Source: Octopus sinensis (taxonomy: Eukaryota). Taken from it: a DNA stretch of 64,000 nt. Made by a program: the position numbers and the translations under genes. The DNA lies in the NCBI RefSeq assembly GCF_006345805.1, contig NC_043002.1, forward strand, positions 92,380,001 through 92,444,000, in the 5' to 3' direction. The notes below the pieces were generated by a model, which saw only the letters and a program-made list of their open reading frames with translations, was not told the origin of the DNA and ran no database searches. Positions 1-13,149 of the stretch are shown here, one piece after another (position 1 is the first letter of the stretch; each line of letters opens with the position of its first letter).

Positions 1-135
1 TGAGAAACGAAAACATAAAAACAAAAACATGGATACGAACTTTATTTCAAACAACGAAAAAACAGAGTACAAGACATGCAACACAAGGAAAATTCCCCTT
101 CTTCTGTTGTCCCTGTTTCGTATGCTCCGCGTTTC
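1..135 (-). repeat. Unclassified interspersed repeat (second copy at ~14845-14990, +)
   Basis: The reverse complement (…GACAACAGAAGAAGGGG…TGTTGCATGTCTTGT…AAAGTTCGTATCCATGTTTT) aligns by eye with 14845-14990 (…GACAACTGATGAAGGG…TGTTGCTTGTCTTGT…AAAGTTCGTATTCCATGTTTT). Confidence 0.6.
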
Positions 136-298
136 GAAGGCGATCCCTGCTATACTCTTTCGCCACAACTTTCTCTCACTTCTGTTAGCCTGCTCGCTTA
201 TCCAGCGGGTGGCGTCATTTGAAGGCTAAAACAATGCGAAGCGCATTGTAACCAGCGATGTGTAGCAACATCTGATGGCCTGATCGGTCACGGTCACG

Positions 299-300
<2 letters not shown>
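136..300 (+). mobile_element. SINE family S3, 3' part (CACGGT-repeat tail variant)
   Basis: Highly similar to 44845-45020 (GGCGATCCCTGC…GGCTAAAACAATGCGAAGCGCATTGT…GGTCACGGT) and followed by (TA)n. Confidence 0.75.
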
Positions 301-361
<61 letters not shown>

Positions 362-873
362 TAATAGGATAAAATCTTTATAAGAATGTATCAAGTAGTT
401 AGCTTGAAAAACTTCATAAGAGAAACAATCCGCTAATTTTTTCACGTAAATATATTTATTTATATTATATAGAGGGCATTACTATACATAAATGTCATAC
501 GCTAGGAGGGACTGTTAAAGTGAAAACTATCAAAATAAATAAATACATCGTACCGAATGCAACTCTCAAAGCAAGTCATTTAAAAACAGAATTTAGCTGC
601 ATATCACCATGATTTCATAATTAGTGCACTAATGCACTTTTTAATCCTCGGTGCAAGCATAATTCAAGATTTAAAACGAATGAACAAAATCAACATACCA
701 GACGATCAACCAATGTATCCAACGTAGCATATAGAAATGTTCACCCTTTATACACCTATGAAAATGGCGGGCTTTTTCGAATTTCATTTCGGTAACAACG
801 TGCCTATTCGCAAAATAAATTCAGTACTGAATATACTCCGGTTAAATTTACAATTTAAATATGGATAAAATCG

Positions 874-1049
874 TTCGCCATGATAGATCGCTAGCCACTA
901 CACTTTCTTTATTTTCTCTCGTTGTTTCTTTCTGTGTTCCTTTCTGTGGAAGAGCGTAAGCTCGAAGCGTTAAAGACTTTTTCACTTCCCGAGCGTTATA
1001 CTAATACATCTGTTTGTTGTCTACACCACCTGTCTTCATCTTTTGTTTT
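874..1049 (+). mobile_element. Solo pseudo-LTR of Penelope-like family A
   Basis: Same ~175 bp block (TCGCCATGATAGATCG…GAAGAGCGTAGGCTCGAAACGTTAAAGAC…ACACCACCTGTCTTC) as 4598-4775, 23023-23215 and 31457-31645. Ends in (TA)n. Confidence 0.75.
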
Positions 1050-1244
1050 ATATATATATATATATATGTGTGTGTGGCAAATTTATGTCCATACTAGAAA
1101 CAAACTTCCCTGCTTCCCATAAATATTATAAAATATTTTCTAGTAAATCAGTTAGAATATCATACTCTACTCTTCCAAATATAGGTACCATAATATCTAG
1201 ATTGATAGAAAAAATATTAAGCTAGCCAGAAATGTTGAAAATCG

Positions 1245-1555
<311 letters not shown>

Positions 1556-1689
1556 GTGGAAAGTGAGGGAATGGAGAAAAAATTAGTAACAAACAACCCT
1601 AACTTACATAACAATATAATTATAGATAAGGGAAATAATACTAATGTTAGTAATAGCTCTAATAATAACAATGAAAGCAGCTTATTCCT

Positions 1690-2100
1690 AAATAATACTA
1701 ATATCAGAAATCGTCCCCCCAGTTGTAATTGCAGAATTAGATTAAGATGTCCGGTATCTGGTCGGTGTCTGGTCCAAAACGTAATTTATAAATGTACAGT
1801 AATGACTTCAAATAATAGCTATTTTTATTTCGGATGTTCGATAGACCTGCAAAAACGCATAAACAATCATTTGTATAGTTTTAGACTTAAACATAAGGCG
1901 AGTCGCACAACGCTGTCTAGTAAAATTTGGGAATTGAAAGGAAAAAGTATCGGGTTTAACCTTAAATGGGATATAAGAAAGGCACAGCATTATAAAAATA
2001 GTTGAGATGGATGTGAGCTTCGTTCTACGGAAACATGAAATTTGGAAACAGGAATAATACAAACTTATTGAATAACCGTTTTGATCTAGGAGTATCCTGC
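1690..2100 (+). pseudogene. PLE GIY-YIG endonuclease remnant
   Basis: CNCRIRLRCPVSGRCLVQNVIYKC…YFGCS…KRINNHLYSF…TTLSSKIWELK…W…A..Y matches the Neptune-type PLE endonuclease pattern. Stops follow residue ~2003. Confidence 0.85.
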
Positions 2101-3618
2101 ATACAATGTGCCATCTGTACTTTTAAATATTTTAAATAAAAGCATTCTGACTTTTCCTAAATTTTCAAATCTTAATGTTTTGTAACTAAATAAGGAAATA
2201 ATATACCATACAAGTTTTCATTTAATCTGCATGGATTATTAAGAAATTTAATAATATAAATAGATTGAATAAAGTGAAATAAAATATTTCTAAATTTTCT
2301 ATAATGATTGCATAAATTCCATATATCTAGTGAAATTATTAAGTTCATCTTGGTTACCTCCCTTCCATTACACTTTAACATATTTCAAAGGCTCTTAATA
2401 TATGTGCTAATTGATAAGTTTTTTGTTTTTTTACTAGGAATGTTCTCATAAGAAGCTCTTCTAAATTCCCCTTAATTAATATTCAAAGCCTGGTAATTAA
2501 ATACATAATAATATCTATGCTATTTAACCTCTATTTTAAAAGGGTCGGATTATTAATAAAATTTCTAACCAATAGTTTTGATCAGTTACCAATCTCACAC
2601 AATAACTCCCATGATAAATTATATTAATTCTAGTCTTGTAATTATAAAATTATATATAATTATTAAATATTTTCTTATAGTAGCTTACCACACATATTAT
2701 AAATAAACAAGGGATATCCTATAATAGGTTTTTAGAATATAAACCTAGTCTACCCCTGATCTACTATAGTCTAAATTTATTTTTATTTTTCAATTTGATG
2801 ACTTAAATATTTTTTCACTGTAATTTTAAACCATTTTATCTTACTCATTTACCCACTATATCGTCTTACCGAATAATACATTTCTAGTAGGCACACACTT
2901 AACCTATATAGAACCAAACTGTTATAACTCACTATCTATTTTATAGCTCAAGTAAAGTTACATTGTAAAATTATTAACATGCAGGAAATAAATGATATGT
3001 CTAACATATTCCTTTAATTTAACTCATTAATACAAATAAAGTACTATTTACTAACTAACTATAAATCTATATTAATAATAAGCTGATATATATATTTTTA
3101 TAAATATGAAATGATTTCTATACTCTCCATCCCTATATAAGATACAAAAATTTATTAGAATCCTTTGGAAAAAACTATCTAAAAGATATTTATTTCAAAT
3201 TTCAAGTAGGATTATGGCTGTTAAATGGTTAAGGTATTAGAAGTTTCCATTCTCCCTACCCCACTAGCTTCAGCCTACTAACTTTAGCTAAAATTCATTA
3301 AGATGTACCAGAGTTAAGTTCTTCATAAAAGAGTCGGATTTATGGCTCTGCCACTTAAACTGTCTCTTCCTCTATCTATAAATAGATAAATTCTTGATTG
3401 TCTCCACTGAACTTAATAGAAACCACCTCCCCAATGGTAAATCTAAATAGCAAAGTAAATTCAGTAATCAGAAATCTACCCATGAGTAAAGATATTTTAC
3501 TACAATGTTTTTACTGATGAAATTCACCTCACTGTCTATACACCTACCCTCTTTGTAATATTGGCAAATGGAATAAGTATAAAAATGAACATTATCGATT
3601 TAATTGAAAAATTTCATA

Positions 3619-3706
3619 TGTGGCTGAAGATTGCTCTACATTTTCAAACTGATGTAATACTTACATTGTTTAATTAAATGAAGTAGCATGAAACGATTGT
3701 ACTACA
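3619..3706 (+). ncRNA. Minimal type I hammerhead ribozyme (family B)
   Basis: Stem I UGUGG/CUACA, core CUGAAGA, long stem II (UGCU/AGCA base), then GAAAC-GAUU-GUA cleavage site. Confidence 0.7.
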
Positions 3707-3859
3707 CTACCTTTGGATATCTTGTTGCTTATTTTGATTATAATCACCCCATTTGGTTTATATGGATAATACCATACCAAATTCTGGTGCCTTTAACTTA
3801 AGTATTCATCTGTATCTAAATTTTTGCTGAACTTATATATATATATATATATATATATG

Positions 3860-4772
3860 ACACCCCGGTCTCGCGCCGTTCCAGTCTACCGGTCACTCTT
3901 TACAACACATGTCTGTGTTCGGATTGTCCTTTCACAGGGGCCATCCGGACTCCCCTTTGCGCCGTGAACAGGGATTAATCTTCTCTCTTTGCACCTTTGA
4001 GCCGCATGAGCTCAACTCTCCTCCCCTCTGCATCAAACCTCTTTTCCCCTCACACCTACTTCCTGCCACCCACCTCTCCTCTCTCGCTCCGATTCCTACT
4101 TCTTCTCTTCCCTCCTACTCTCCTCTCTTCTCTTCATTCCTACCCACCTTCTCACTTCCCTCGCTCCTTCATCGTCACTCTGCCCTCGTAACCCTACCCC
4201 AACCCTACACAATCTATCCCCACCTTACCAATCCATACCACCCCACCCCATCCCTTACACCCACTCCCACCTACCCCACCTCTACCCCCCTTGCCTATCA
4301 ACATACCTCGCCTCTACCCCCTCAAGCTTAACCCACACCCCATCCTTGCTTTCCCCACTCTAGCCTTTCCACCTCCCAACACCATCACACCACACACCAC
4401 AACACATCACATCACACCACCATGCACAAACTAGCACTGACCACTTCCCAGCCCCACATCCACACACCTACACATACACACACGCACACGTCAAGTCACC
4501 AGCCCTCTCCCACACGCACATACATACTCTCTTATACACCACTGATTTATTATCTCCCCTTCTTCTTAGCTCTCATGTGTGACCCCTCTGTCCGGCATTC
4601 GCCATGATAGATCGCTAGCCACTATACATTCTTTATTTTCTCTTCTTGCTTCTTTCTGTGGAAGAGCGTAGGCTCGAAACGTTAAAGACTTCTTCACTTC
4701 CCGAGCGTTAAACTAATACATCTTTTTGTTTTTTACACCTCCTGTCTTCGTCTTTTTTGTGTGTAAATTCTC

Positions 4773-4775
<3 letters not shown>
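3860..4775 (+). mobile_element. 3' end of Penelope-like element, family A (EN C-terminus, C-rich UTR, pLTR)
   Basis: MSVFGLSFHRGHPDSPLRREQGLIFSLCTFEPHELN resembles the PLE GIY-YIG C-terminus (..E..LIF.L.TL.P.GLN). 4060-4775 is homologous to 22425-23215. Flanked by (TA)n on both sides. Confidence 0.75.
4651..4688 (+). ncRNA. Atypical minimal hammerhead motif (family A; A6U plus extra nucleotide)
   Basis: UCUUU-CUGUGGAA-GAGC(GUAG)GCUC-GAAAC-GUU-AAAGA: stem I 5 bp, stem II 4 bp, palindromic ACGU stem III. Confidence 0.55.
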
Positions 4776-4809
<34 letters not shown>

Positions 4810-4810
<1 letters not shown>

Positions 4811-4947
4811 GACGGGCTTCTTTCAGTTTCCGTATATAAATTCACTCACAAGCTTTGGTCGGTCCGAAGTTATAGTAAAAGACCCTTAGTGAAGGTGCCA
4901 CGCAGTCGATCTGAACCCAGAACCATGTATTTGGGAAGTAAGCTTCC
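4810..4947 (-). mobile_element. SINE family S1, 5' half
   Basis: Matches the S1 consensus (…GGTTCAG…GTGGCACCTT…CTATAAC…GTGAGTG…GGAAACTGAAAGAAGCCCGTC). Confidence 0.75.
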
Positions 4948-4959
4948 AGGGAGATTCCT

Positions 4960-6860
4960 TCTGTACTTCTTTTCATTTTGGCACTGAATCCATTATCGTT
5001 TCTACAGCAGAAAGCAAATGGTTCCATGCTAGGATCTTCAACTGCCAGAAATATCAATGTAACTCATAATTTCTTTGTAGACGACCTGAAGATTTATGCT
5101 AAAAGTGTTAACAATGCAAAAGAACAGCTGGAATTAATGACAACAATATAGGCATGGAATTTGGCCAAAAGAAATATTAATATTTGGTTATAGAACGAGG
5201 AAACCCAAAACCTGTGCATCAACGGTCTCTCTATTTCCCTCATTCCTCACAGAGAATGTTGCAAGTAGCTAGGCATAGACGAAAATATATATGAAGGAAA
5301 TGTGAATAAAGATAGAGTAACCCGAGAATATAGCACCAGACTTAGGAAAATACGGCAGTCGGAACTCTCCTCTTACAACAAAACAATATCCCACAATGCA
5401 TTTGCAGTATCAGTGCTGATCCCAACATTTCGGATATTTGATTGGTCTGTAGAGGAAATCCACTTCATAGATACCAAAACCCGCAAAATCTTGACAACAA
5501 CTGGGGACTTCCACAGAAACAGGAATGTTGACAGGCTCTACCTACGAAGAAATGAGGTGACAGAGGCCTGAGACCAGTGCAGACGGCCTTCGAATGCCGT
5601 ATAATATCACTCAGGCAGCACCTGGTAAACAACAGCAGCAAACATAAATATATTAGTGCAGTCCTGAAAAGCGAATTGAGCAACATTGTACGAGTTGGCA
5701 GTGAACTCCACAAGAAACACTTTCTTCCTGATGATCTCTTATACAGCTCCAAAACAGCTAGACTCTCTTACCTCAGAGAAGACCTCGATGGAAAGCTCTC
5801 AGCGTACAAAAAAAAAAGACCATGCATGGGTATGTTGCCCGGAAGCTTGAATAAGACAGTAGAATTGACATGAAGCGCAGCCTGTCTTGGCACAAGACCA
5901 TTACATCACATTATACTTTGAAGGCTATGAGTTTGCAATCCAGGAGCTAGAGATTGCCACAAGGTACCTGGTGAACAAGCGGGACAGTGACGCTCTTGTA
6001 ATCCCAAGGTGAAACCGCATGTGTAGGTTATATCATGTTTCTGTGGAAGATATTACGCATGTGTTTAGCAGCTGTCCTAAAATGTCGTCACGATACTATC
6101 TCCCTGTGCAGCACGATGTTGTTGCTAAAACAATTTACAATGCCATCTACAAAAAAGACTGTCCTGAAATAAACTTAGAAAATCCCTCTGTTATAGAATA
6201 CATTCATAAACACCAACTCAAAGAATACTGGTGGAATATTCCCATCAAAACTTCTGTCAAATGTAAACATAACAAGCCGGATATTGTTGTTTGGGACAGA
6301 GGTGCAAAGGTATGTACCATCACAGAGGTTAACTGCCCAGCAGATATAAATATATCTTTGAAAATCAAAGAAAAAGAGGATATCTATGGACAACTGCTTC
6401 GAAATCTCCAGCTTCTATATCCAAACTATGAATTCATATTCAAACCAATGCTAATTGAAGCACTAGGTTTTGTTAGTAAATGCTTAAAGGAGAGACTGGA
6501 TAAACTGGGATTTTCAGAGAGAGAAATTGACCGGCTGATTCGTACATTACAAGTCTAATCTGTGAGTGGAACAGTAAAAAAATGCAAGACTTTTCTCAAA
6601 TTACAAATGTGAATTTGTCTGTATTAACTACATCCCAAAGATGGATCCTTGTATCTTTGTTGGAAACCAGCTCTCTCCTCAGTGGAAGATTTATAATGAT
6701 TAAAAATAGAACATACATACATACATATATACATACATACAAAAAATCCTGTTGTTGACGTTGAAATTCCTATGAAGGAAACTTGGATCTAGGTCAGCAA
6801 CCGACTCTTTCTCTATTAGCAAAAAATCTTGAAATAAAACTGAACAATGACTGACATACA
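4960..6860 (+). mobile_element. 5'-truncated R4/Dong-like non-LTR retrotransposon (RT end, CCHC, RLE endonuclease), degraded
   Basis: LFILALNPLS…THNFFVDDLKIYA (RT), CRL…EDITHVFSSC…HDVVAK (CCHC), KHNKPDIVVWD…EVNCP…KEKEDIYG (PD..D RLE). Frameshifts and stops present. 3' end runs into (CATA)n. Confidence 0.88.
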
Positions 6861-7049
6861 TACATACATACATACATACATGCAGGGGAAGGCAAAGTTA
6901 CATATACAGTTACTTAATATAAGTGGAATGTTCTTTTCATTTCTCTTTCAAGATAAGCATTCCATGATTCTGTGTTCTGTACAGTTCAAATTTACCAAAA
7001 ACAAAAGACGAAGACAGGTGAAGGAACAAGCAGGTGAATTCATGTGACG

Positions 7050-7145
7050 CACAGGAAGAACGGAAAAGCCTCTGACATTTCGAGCCTACACTCATCGACA
7101 GAAACAGTTGAGAGGGGGAAAATGGATGATTAACGGTTTAACATG
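7050..7145 (-). mobile_element. Diverged family A-like PLE pLTR fragment with atypical hammerhead
   Basis: Reverse complement of 7069-7105 reads GUUU-CUGUCGAU-GAGU(GUAG)GCUC-GAAAU-GUC-AGAG. Confidence 0.55.
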
Positions 7146-7146
7146 A

Positions 7147-7199
<53 letters not shown>

Positions 7200-7714
7200 A
7201 TAAGCAAAAATGCTAGTTCTAGAATCCCTGCGAGAGATCAACGCAGTAGTTGTACTTTCAAATAATATTCGTAGCCACTTCAACATGGCTGTCCGTTCGA
7301 ACGGACTCTACTGCGATTTTGTGTGTGTGTGTGTGTGTGTATACTTATACAAATACAAATACATACATACACATGCATATATATACATTTGTATACATTT
7401 AGATATGCACATATACATACTCACAGTCAAAATGCCCGAAACTTGTAAAATATATTTTGGGAATCCTTCGGAGAACCTAACTTACTTGGCAGCCATTAAA
7501 ATCACTGATTGGTTTTTGACTCACCGGTTCTAGAGATGGAGGAAGTTTATAGACGTTCACGACTCGGAATATTGTTACTGATAGTCGGAATAAAAAGTCT
7601 CAAAACATAGGTTGAAATTATATTTGTTTTTAGAATATATTAATTGAAGAGAAGCATTCCTCGTGACACACTAGACACCCACAGATTTTGAAGAATATTT
7701 TTTGAAAATCATGT

Positions 7715-7994
7715 GTCCATGTTTTCTTCCAGTACCCATTCTCTTTCTCTTCCTCTCTCTGTGTATTTGTCTTTCTCTCTTCATCTCTCTGTCACATTTC
7801 ACTCCTTGTCTCCCTTCCTCTTACTCTCTCTCTCTCTTCTCTCTCTGTATTGCTGTCTTTCTTTAACTCACTGTCTCTCTCTCTCTCTCTCTCTCTCTCT
7901 TTGTATTATTTTCTTCCTTCTCTCTCTTTCTTTCTTTCCCGGTATCTCTCGTTCTCTCTCTATGTCATTATTTTCCCTATGACACTATCTCATT

Positions 7995-8041
<47 letters not shown>

Positions 8042-8095
8042 TCTCTCACTATCTCTTTCCTTCTCTTTCTTTGTCTCCTTTCTCCTGTCTCACCT
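7715..8095. repeat. (CT)n-rich low-complexity tract
   Basis: Visible pyrimidine dinucleotide array. Confidence 0.9.
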
Positions 8096-8419
8096 TCTTT
8101 GAAGAAACGATTTGAAGATTTCTCAAAATAAGAACAACAACAATAAATAGAAAACGAAGACAAGAAAAAATAAAATCAATAGATCAATAGAAAGATGGCT
8201 TCGTCATGAAAGCAAAATAAAATGCTCTCATCGTGAAATCAATAATGAAATAAACTTGAAGAAACAAAATTATAGCTTTCAGTTGGGGAGGGTGCTTCAA
8301 AGAGTCTTCATAAAAACACAGAGATAACACATCTGAAATATAGTCGAATTGACAAAATTACTGATCAATACAACCTTAGATCTGTACCAATGAATCGACT
8401 AAAATCCTTGAAAATTTCT

Positions 8420-8452
8420 AAAGGATTATTATTATTATCATCATCATCATCA

Positions 8453-8503
<51 letters not shown>

Positions 8504-8652
8504 CATCATCATCCTCATCATCATCATCATTGTCGTCGTCGTCGTCATCGTCATCGTCATCGTCATCATCATCATCATTATTATTATTAGTAGTAGTAGT
8601 AGTAGAAGTAGTATTAGTAGTAGCAGTAGTAGTAGTAGGTGTAGTAGTAGTT

Positions 8653-8691
<39 letters not shown>

Positions 8692-8694
8692 GTT

Positions 8695-8735
<41 letters not shown>
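8420..8735. repeat. Compound (CAT)n/(TAG)n microsatellite
   Basis: Visible. Confidence 0.95.
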
Positions 8736-9302
8736 CTTAAAGTTAAGAAAGCCGATTTCTTCTCCAGCTGCGTATAGTTTTGATTGATGGGAGAGAAAGT
8801 AAACATCATCTCGAAGAACACAACTAGCTACAGCAATGACAAAAAAAAAAAAAAAAAAACAAGCAATGATGACAATACGAACCAATGCAATAGTGACTAC
8901 TGTAGCATTAACAACAAAACAATGTGTACTGTCACCAGTACCACCACAGTCGCCGCCACTACCACCACCACCACCAACAAACAACAACAAAAATTTATCT
9001 ATGTTTGTGCACTAATAAATATCCTGACACAATGTAAACTAGAGACACACAGTGGAGGTATGTCGTCGCCTCTATGAGTAAATGAAAGAGGATAAACACA
9101 TACTCCCTCTCACACAAACACACACACACACACATACACACACACACATACTTTGATCTATAATAAAAAAAAATAGAAAATGAAAGTAAAGAAATCAATA
9201 GACAGGCAGTTGGAGAGTCTGACAAATAAATAGGAAAGCGGAAAGCAAATAAATAAACAGGCAAATATATATACATATGTATACAACACATACATATACA
9301 TA

Positions 9303-9353
<51 letters not shown>

Positions 9354-9516
9354 TATATGTATATGTAATATCTTCTACACATATATATATATATAAATAC
9401 ATATACATATATACACATATATATATATGATATATATATACATACATGTATATTATATATACTATATATATTATATAAATATACATACATGCATATATGT
9501 ATGTATATATTATATA

Positions 9517-9552
<36 letters not shown>

Positions 9553-10360
9553 TATCTATGTATAAATGGTGGGGGTTTGACTGGTGAAGTGCAAATGGAC
9601 TTCCTCGCCAAGGGAATGCTTTTGTAGTTCAAGAAAGATCGACCCTCCATTCTCAATAAAATTTTATACGCTCTTATTTTTACAATATATTATGAATCAG
9701 AAATAACATTAAAAAAATATCACCAATATAAAGCTATGCTCTACCAATTTCCGGAATTGTGGATTTCCACAACGAAATTTATGCTAGAATTTATCAGATG
9801 TCTTTGAAATCTTGATGACATTATTATGCGCTGAATATACCACTTTACAATGTTGAAGGTTTCCAAACGCAATTGTATCATAACAGTTTGTTTTGCAAGA
9901 ATAAGTTTTGACATGTACGTAGTCTATTCATAACAGCTATGACATAATTCAGCCAAAATATAATAGGGAATATGAAACTTCAAATAATATATTTGACGGT
10001 CATGGGGTTGGGAAATATATTTTCACTGGACTGTGATGAAGTTGTCTGTAATTTTACATCGTATGCTTTTTATTCTTTCAAAAATTTTAATTGAAATTCC
10101 TGTGCGTTTATAGAACAGCTTCAGCGAAATTCTGAATATCAGGAAACGTTTCGACTGTTTCACTTATTCAGGGAATATTGAGATATTTTCCCCCTTAGTC
10201 ATATCGTCTGCATCGAATAAGCGAAGATATTCAGTGCACTTCGCAAATCAACAAATCAACTGTTGCTATTTGTTTGTTAAAGTTTATTTCATAATAATAT
10301 TTAACTTATACTCGTTGGTACAGGTATGCTTCTTTTCAGGCAATTCCGCTTTATATAGCT

Positions 10361-10757
10361 ACTAGCAGTATCGCCCGGTGTTGCTCGGGTTTGTAAGGGA
10401 AATAACTATATAAGCATTTTTAGAGAGTTATAGCCAAAAAATAGCAAAAAATGCATTAAAAATGGAAAAAAACTATGGTAATTTTTTTTTAAATCGTTGA
10501 CTCATCGTAGACATTTTTAGAGAGTTACTTCCCTTATATAATAGCGAAAAAATGCATTAAAATGGAAAAAAATTATGGTAATTTTTTTTTTAAATCGTAG
10601 ACTCATCGTAGACGCGCGCTAATACCCAGAAGGGCTCGATATGAATCACGACTATAAGATACCCGGTTTTGGTTAAACTGCACCGCAAAATGTGGGAGTA
10701 GTTAGGAATCTAAATCGTAGGAGACAGACACACAACCTTACTTTTATATATAAAGAT
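10361..10757 (-). mobile_element. Non-autonomous Helitron
   Basis: Minus strand starts a^TCTTTATATATAAAAG and ends with hairpin CCCGAGCAACACCGGG, 8 nt, CTAG^t (canonical Helitron termini). Internal ~100 bp tandem duplication at ~10410-10612. Confidence 0.75.
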
Positions 10758-10914
10758 TAGTATCTTACTGACCTTTGAGGACAGCTGGTGAGGGTTTGGG
10801 GTTCATAATGCCAGCAAAGTGATTTTAACGGATTTTAGGTCTTATGGTATAGTGACTGACGTCAATTAAGAAATTACGTTCGTCAATATCACCACCATCA
10901 TCACATCTATAACA

Positions 10915-11116
<202 letters not shown>

Positions 11117-11737
11117 GATACGAGAAACGTGCAGTTTGCGCAAAAATAGCCGGCTGGCTTGAAATAATGCCACGAAATGGGGCGGTCGGAAAATTTGCTT
11201 TGAGAAAATTTAAATGTCTGACAACTCAGCACCGTCCATTGGACTAGGGCCGTTTTGCTCGTAATATATAGTTTGATAAACTGAATGTGATAAGAAAGTT
11301 AACAATATTATTTTCTCGCTATATATTTCTTTACTGGCTTTGTCGTATATATGGTATTTTTTCTTACGTTCCCGTATTTTGACATCTCGAGAAAAGAAAC
11401 CGACAGAGTAAGCACCACACTTAAAAAATAATTACCAGAGTCAATTTATTCGACTAAACTCTTCAAGGCTGGCCATAGTCCATTGAATAAAAACAAGTAA
11501 AAGAAAGAAAAAGAAAGGTATAACATGTGTGAGTGAGCGTGTGTCAACATATGTATACATATGTGTACATATGTATATATGTATATATGTATGCCTCGAC
11601 ATATACATATATATATATATAATATATGCATAGCATTAGATATACATGTGTGTTTCATTAATATAACATCTTAGAGCTGGTTACATCCGAGACACAAGAT
11701 TTCAGAAATGCTCAACAAGTTAAAAAATGTTATGATA

Positions 11738-11938
11738 GGCGCAGGCGAGGCTGTGTGGTAAGAAGCTTGATTCCCAATCACATGGTTCTGGGTTCAGTCC
11801 CACAGTGTGGCACCTGGGCAATTGTCTTCTACTATAGCCCCGGGTCGACCAAACCCTTGTGAGTGGATTTGGTAGACGGAAGCTGGAAGAAACCTGTCGC
11901 ATATATATATATATATAAACATATATATATATATATAG

Positions 11939-11972
<34 letters not shown>

Positions 11973-12013
11973 GTGTGTGTGTGTGTGTGTGTTGGTGTGT
12001 GTGTGTTGTGTGT

Positions 12014-12088
<75 letters not shown>

Positions 12089-12118
12089 TATATATATTAT
12101 ATATATATATATGTGTGG

Positions 12119-12149
<31 letters not shown>

Positions 12150-12250
12150 TGGTGTGGTGTGTGTGTATATATAATACATATAATATATATATATATAATA
12201 TATAGATATATTATATATCTATATATATATTATATAATATATATATATAT

Positions 12251-12298
<48 letters not shown>

Positions 12299-12461
12299 AT
12301 AAATTAGAATAAAACCAATTAATTTTTCATTATTGAATTAATGAAAGGTGGTTTTATTCCAATTTATATATAATATATTTATATTTGTGAAATTTAATTA
12401 GTATTTTCCCCTGTAAGTTTGGAATAATATTCCCTCATATTATTATTATTATTATTATATT

Positions 12462-12509
<48 letters not shown>

Positions 12510-12770
12510 GCATATGTATGTATGTATGTATGTATATTTATATTTATGTATCTTTTTGTGTTTGTTTGCACCCACCACCACCACCACTTGACAATCCGGT
12601 GGCGGATTGTTTACGTACCCGTAACTTAACAGTTTCACGAAAGAGACCGCCAGAATAAGTATTAGTCTTACAAAGATAAGTCCTGGGGGTCGATTCATTC
12701 GACTAAAACCCTTCAAGGAGATGCCCCAGCATTGCCGCAATCAAATGGCTGAAAACAAAAAGCTACAACA
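11738..12770 (+). mobile_element. SINE family S1 with internal microsatellite expanded to ~600 bp
   Basis: 5' half at 11738-11900 and 3' half at ~12550-12770, separated by (TA)n/(TG)n/(ATT)n where other copies have a short TA/TG tract. Confidence 0.6.
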
Positions 12771-12801
12771 AGCATCGATAGGATAAATATGGAATAGATC
12801 T

Positions 12802-13149
12802 TATTTCTTTATTGCCCACAAGGGGCTAAACACAGAGAGGACAAACAAGGACAGACAAAGGGATTAAGTCGATTATATCGGCCCCAGTGCGTAACTGGTA
12901 CTTAATTTATCGACCGCGAAAGGATGAAAGGCGAGCTAAACACAGGGAGGACAAACAAGGACAGACAAACGGATTAAGTCGATTATATCGACCCCAGTGC
13001 GTAACTGGTACTTAATTTATCGACCCCGAAAGGATGAAAGGCAAAATCGACCTCGGCGGAATTTGAACTCAGAACGTAGCGGCAGACGAAATACCACTAA
13101 GCATTTCGCCCGGCGTGCTAACGTTTCAGCTAGCTCATCGCCTTTGATG
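12802..13149 (-). mobile_element. SINE family S2 (partial dimer) with 17-bp target-site duplication
   Basis: tRNA-like head, GCCTTTCATCCTTTCGGGGTCGATAAATTAAGTACCAG core, and TSD AAATATGGAATAGATCT at 12785-12801 and 13150-13166. Confidence 0.88.

Larger units (their letters stand above)
1690..3835 (+). mobile_element. 5'-truncated Penelope-like element, family B (Neptune-type): GIY-YIG remnant, long AT-rich 3' region, pLTR with hammerhead
   Basis: GIY-YIG remnant at 1690-2100 and an HHR motif at 3619-3706. The 3715-3835 end is homologous (inverted) to 49547-49670. Ends at (TA)n. That 2100-3500 belongs to the same element is inferred from the parallel layout of the 57186-59635 element. Confidence 0.65.

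Noticed and set aside
2130-3500. Mitochondrial insertion (NUMT)
   Set aside because: AT-rich, but I found no recognisable mitochondrial protein, rRNA or tRNA motifs. Its position between a PLE endonuclease and pLTR explains it better.
8735-8845. Coding exon in ORF 8418-8990 (DDVYFLSHQSKLYAAGEEIGF)
   Set aside because: Short unique spacer between microsatellites with no splice donor and no recognisable homology.
9650-10340. DNA transposase remnant
   Set aside because: Manual translation of the minus strand gave only a faint TKGENI-like stretch with many stops, which is not enough to call.
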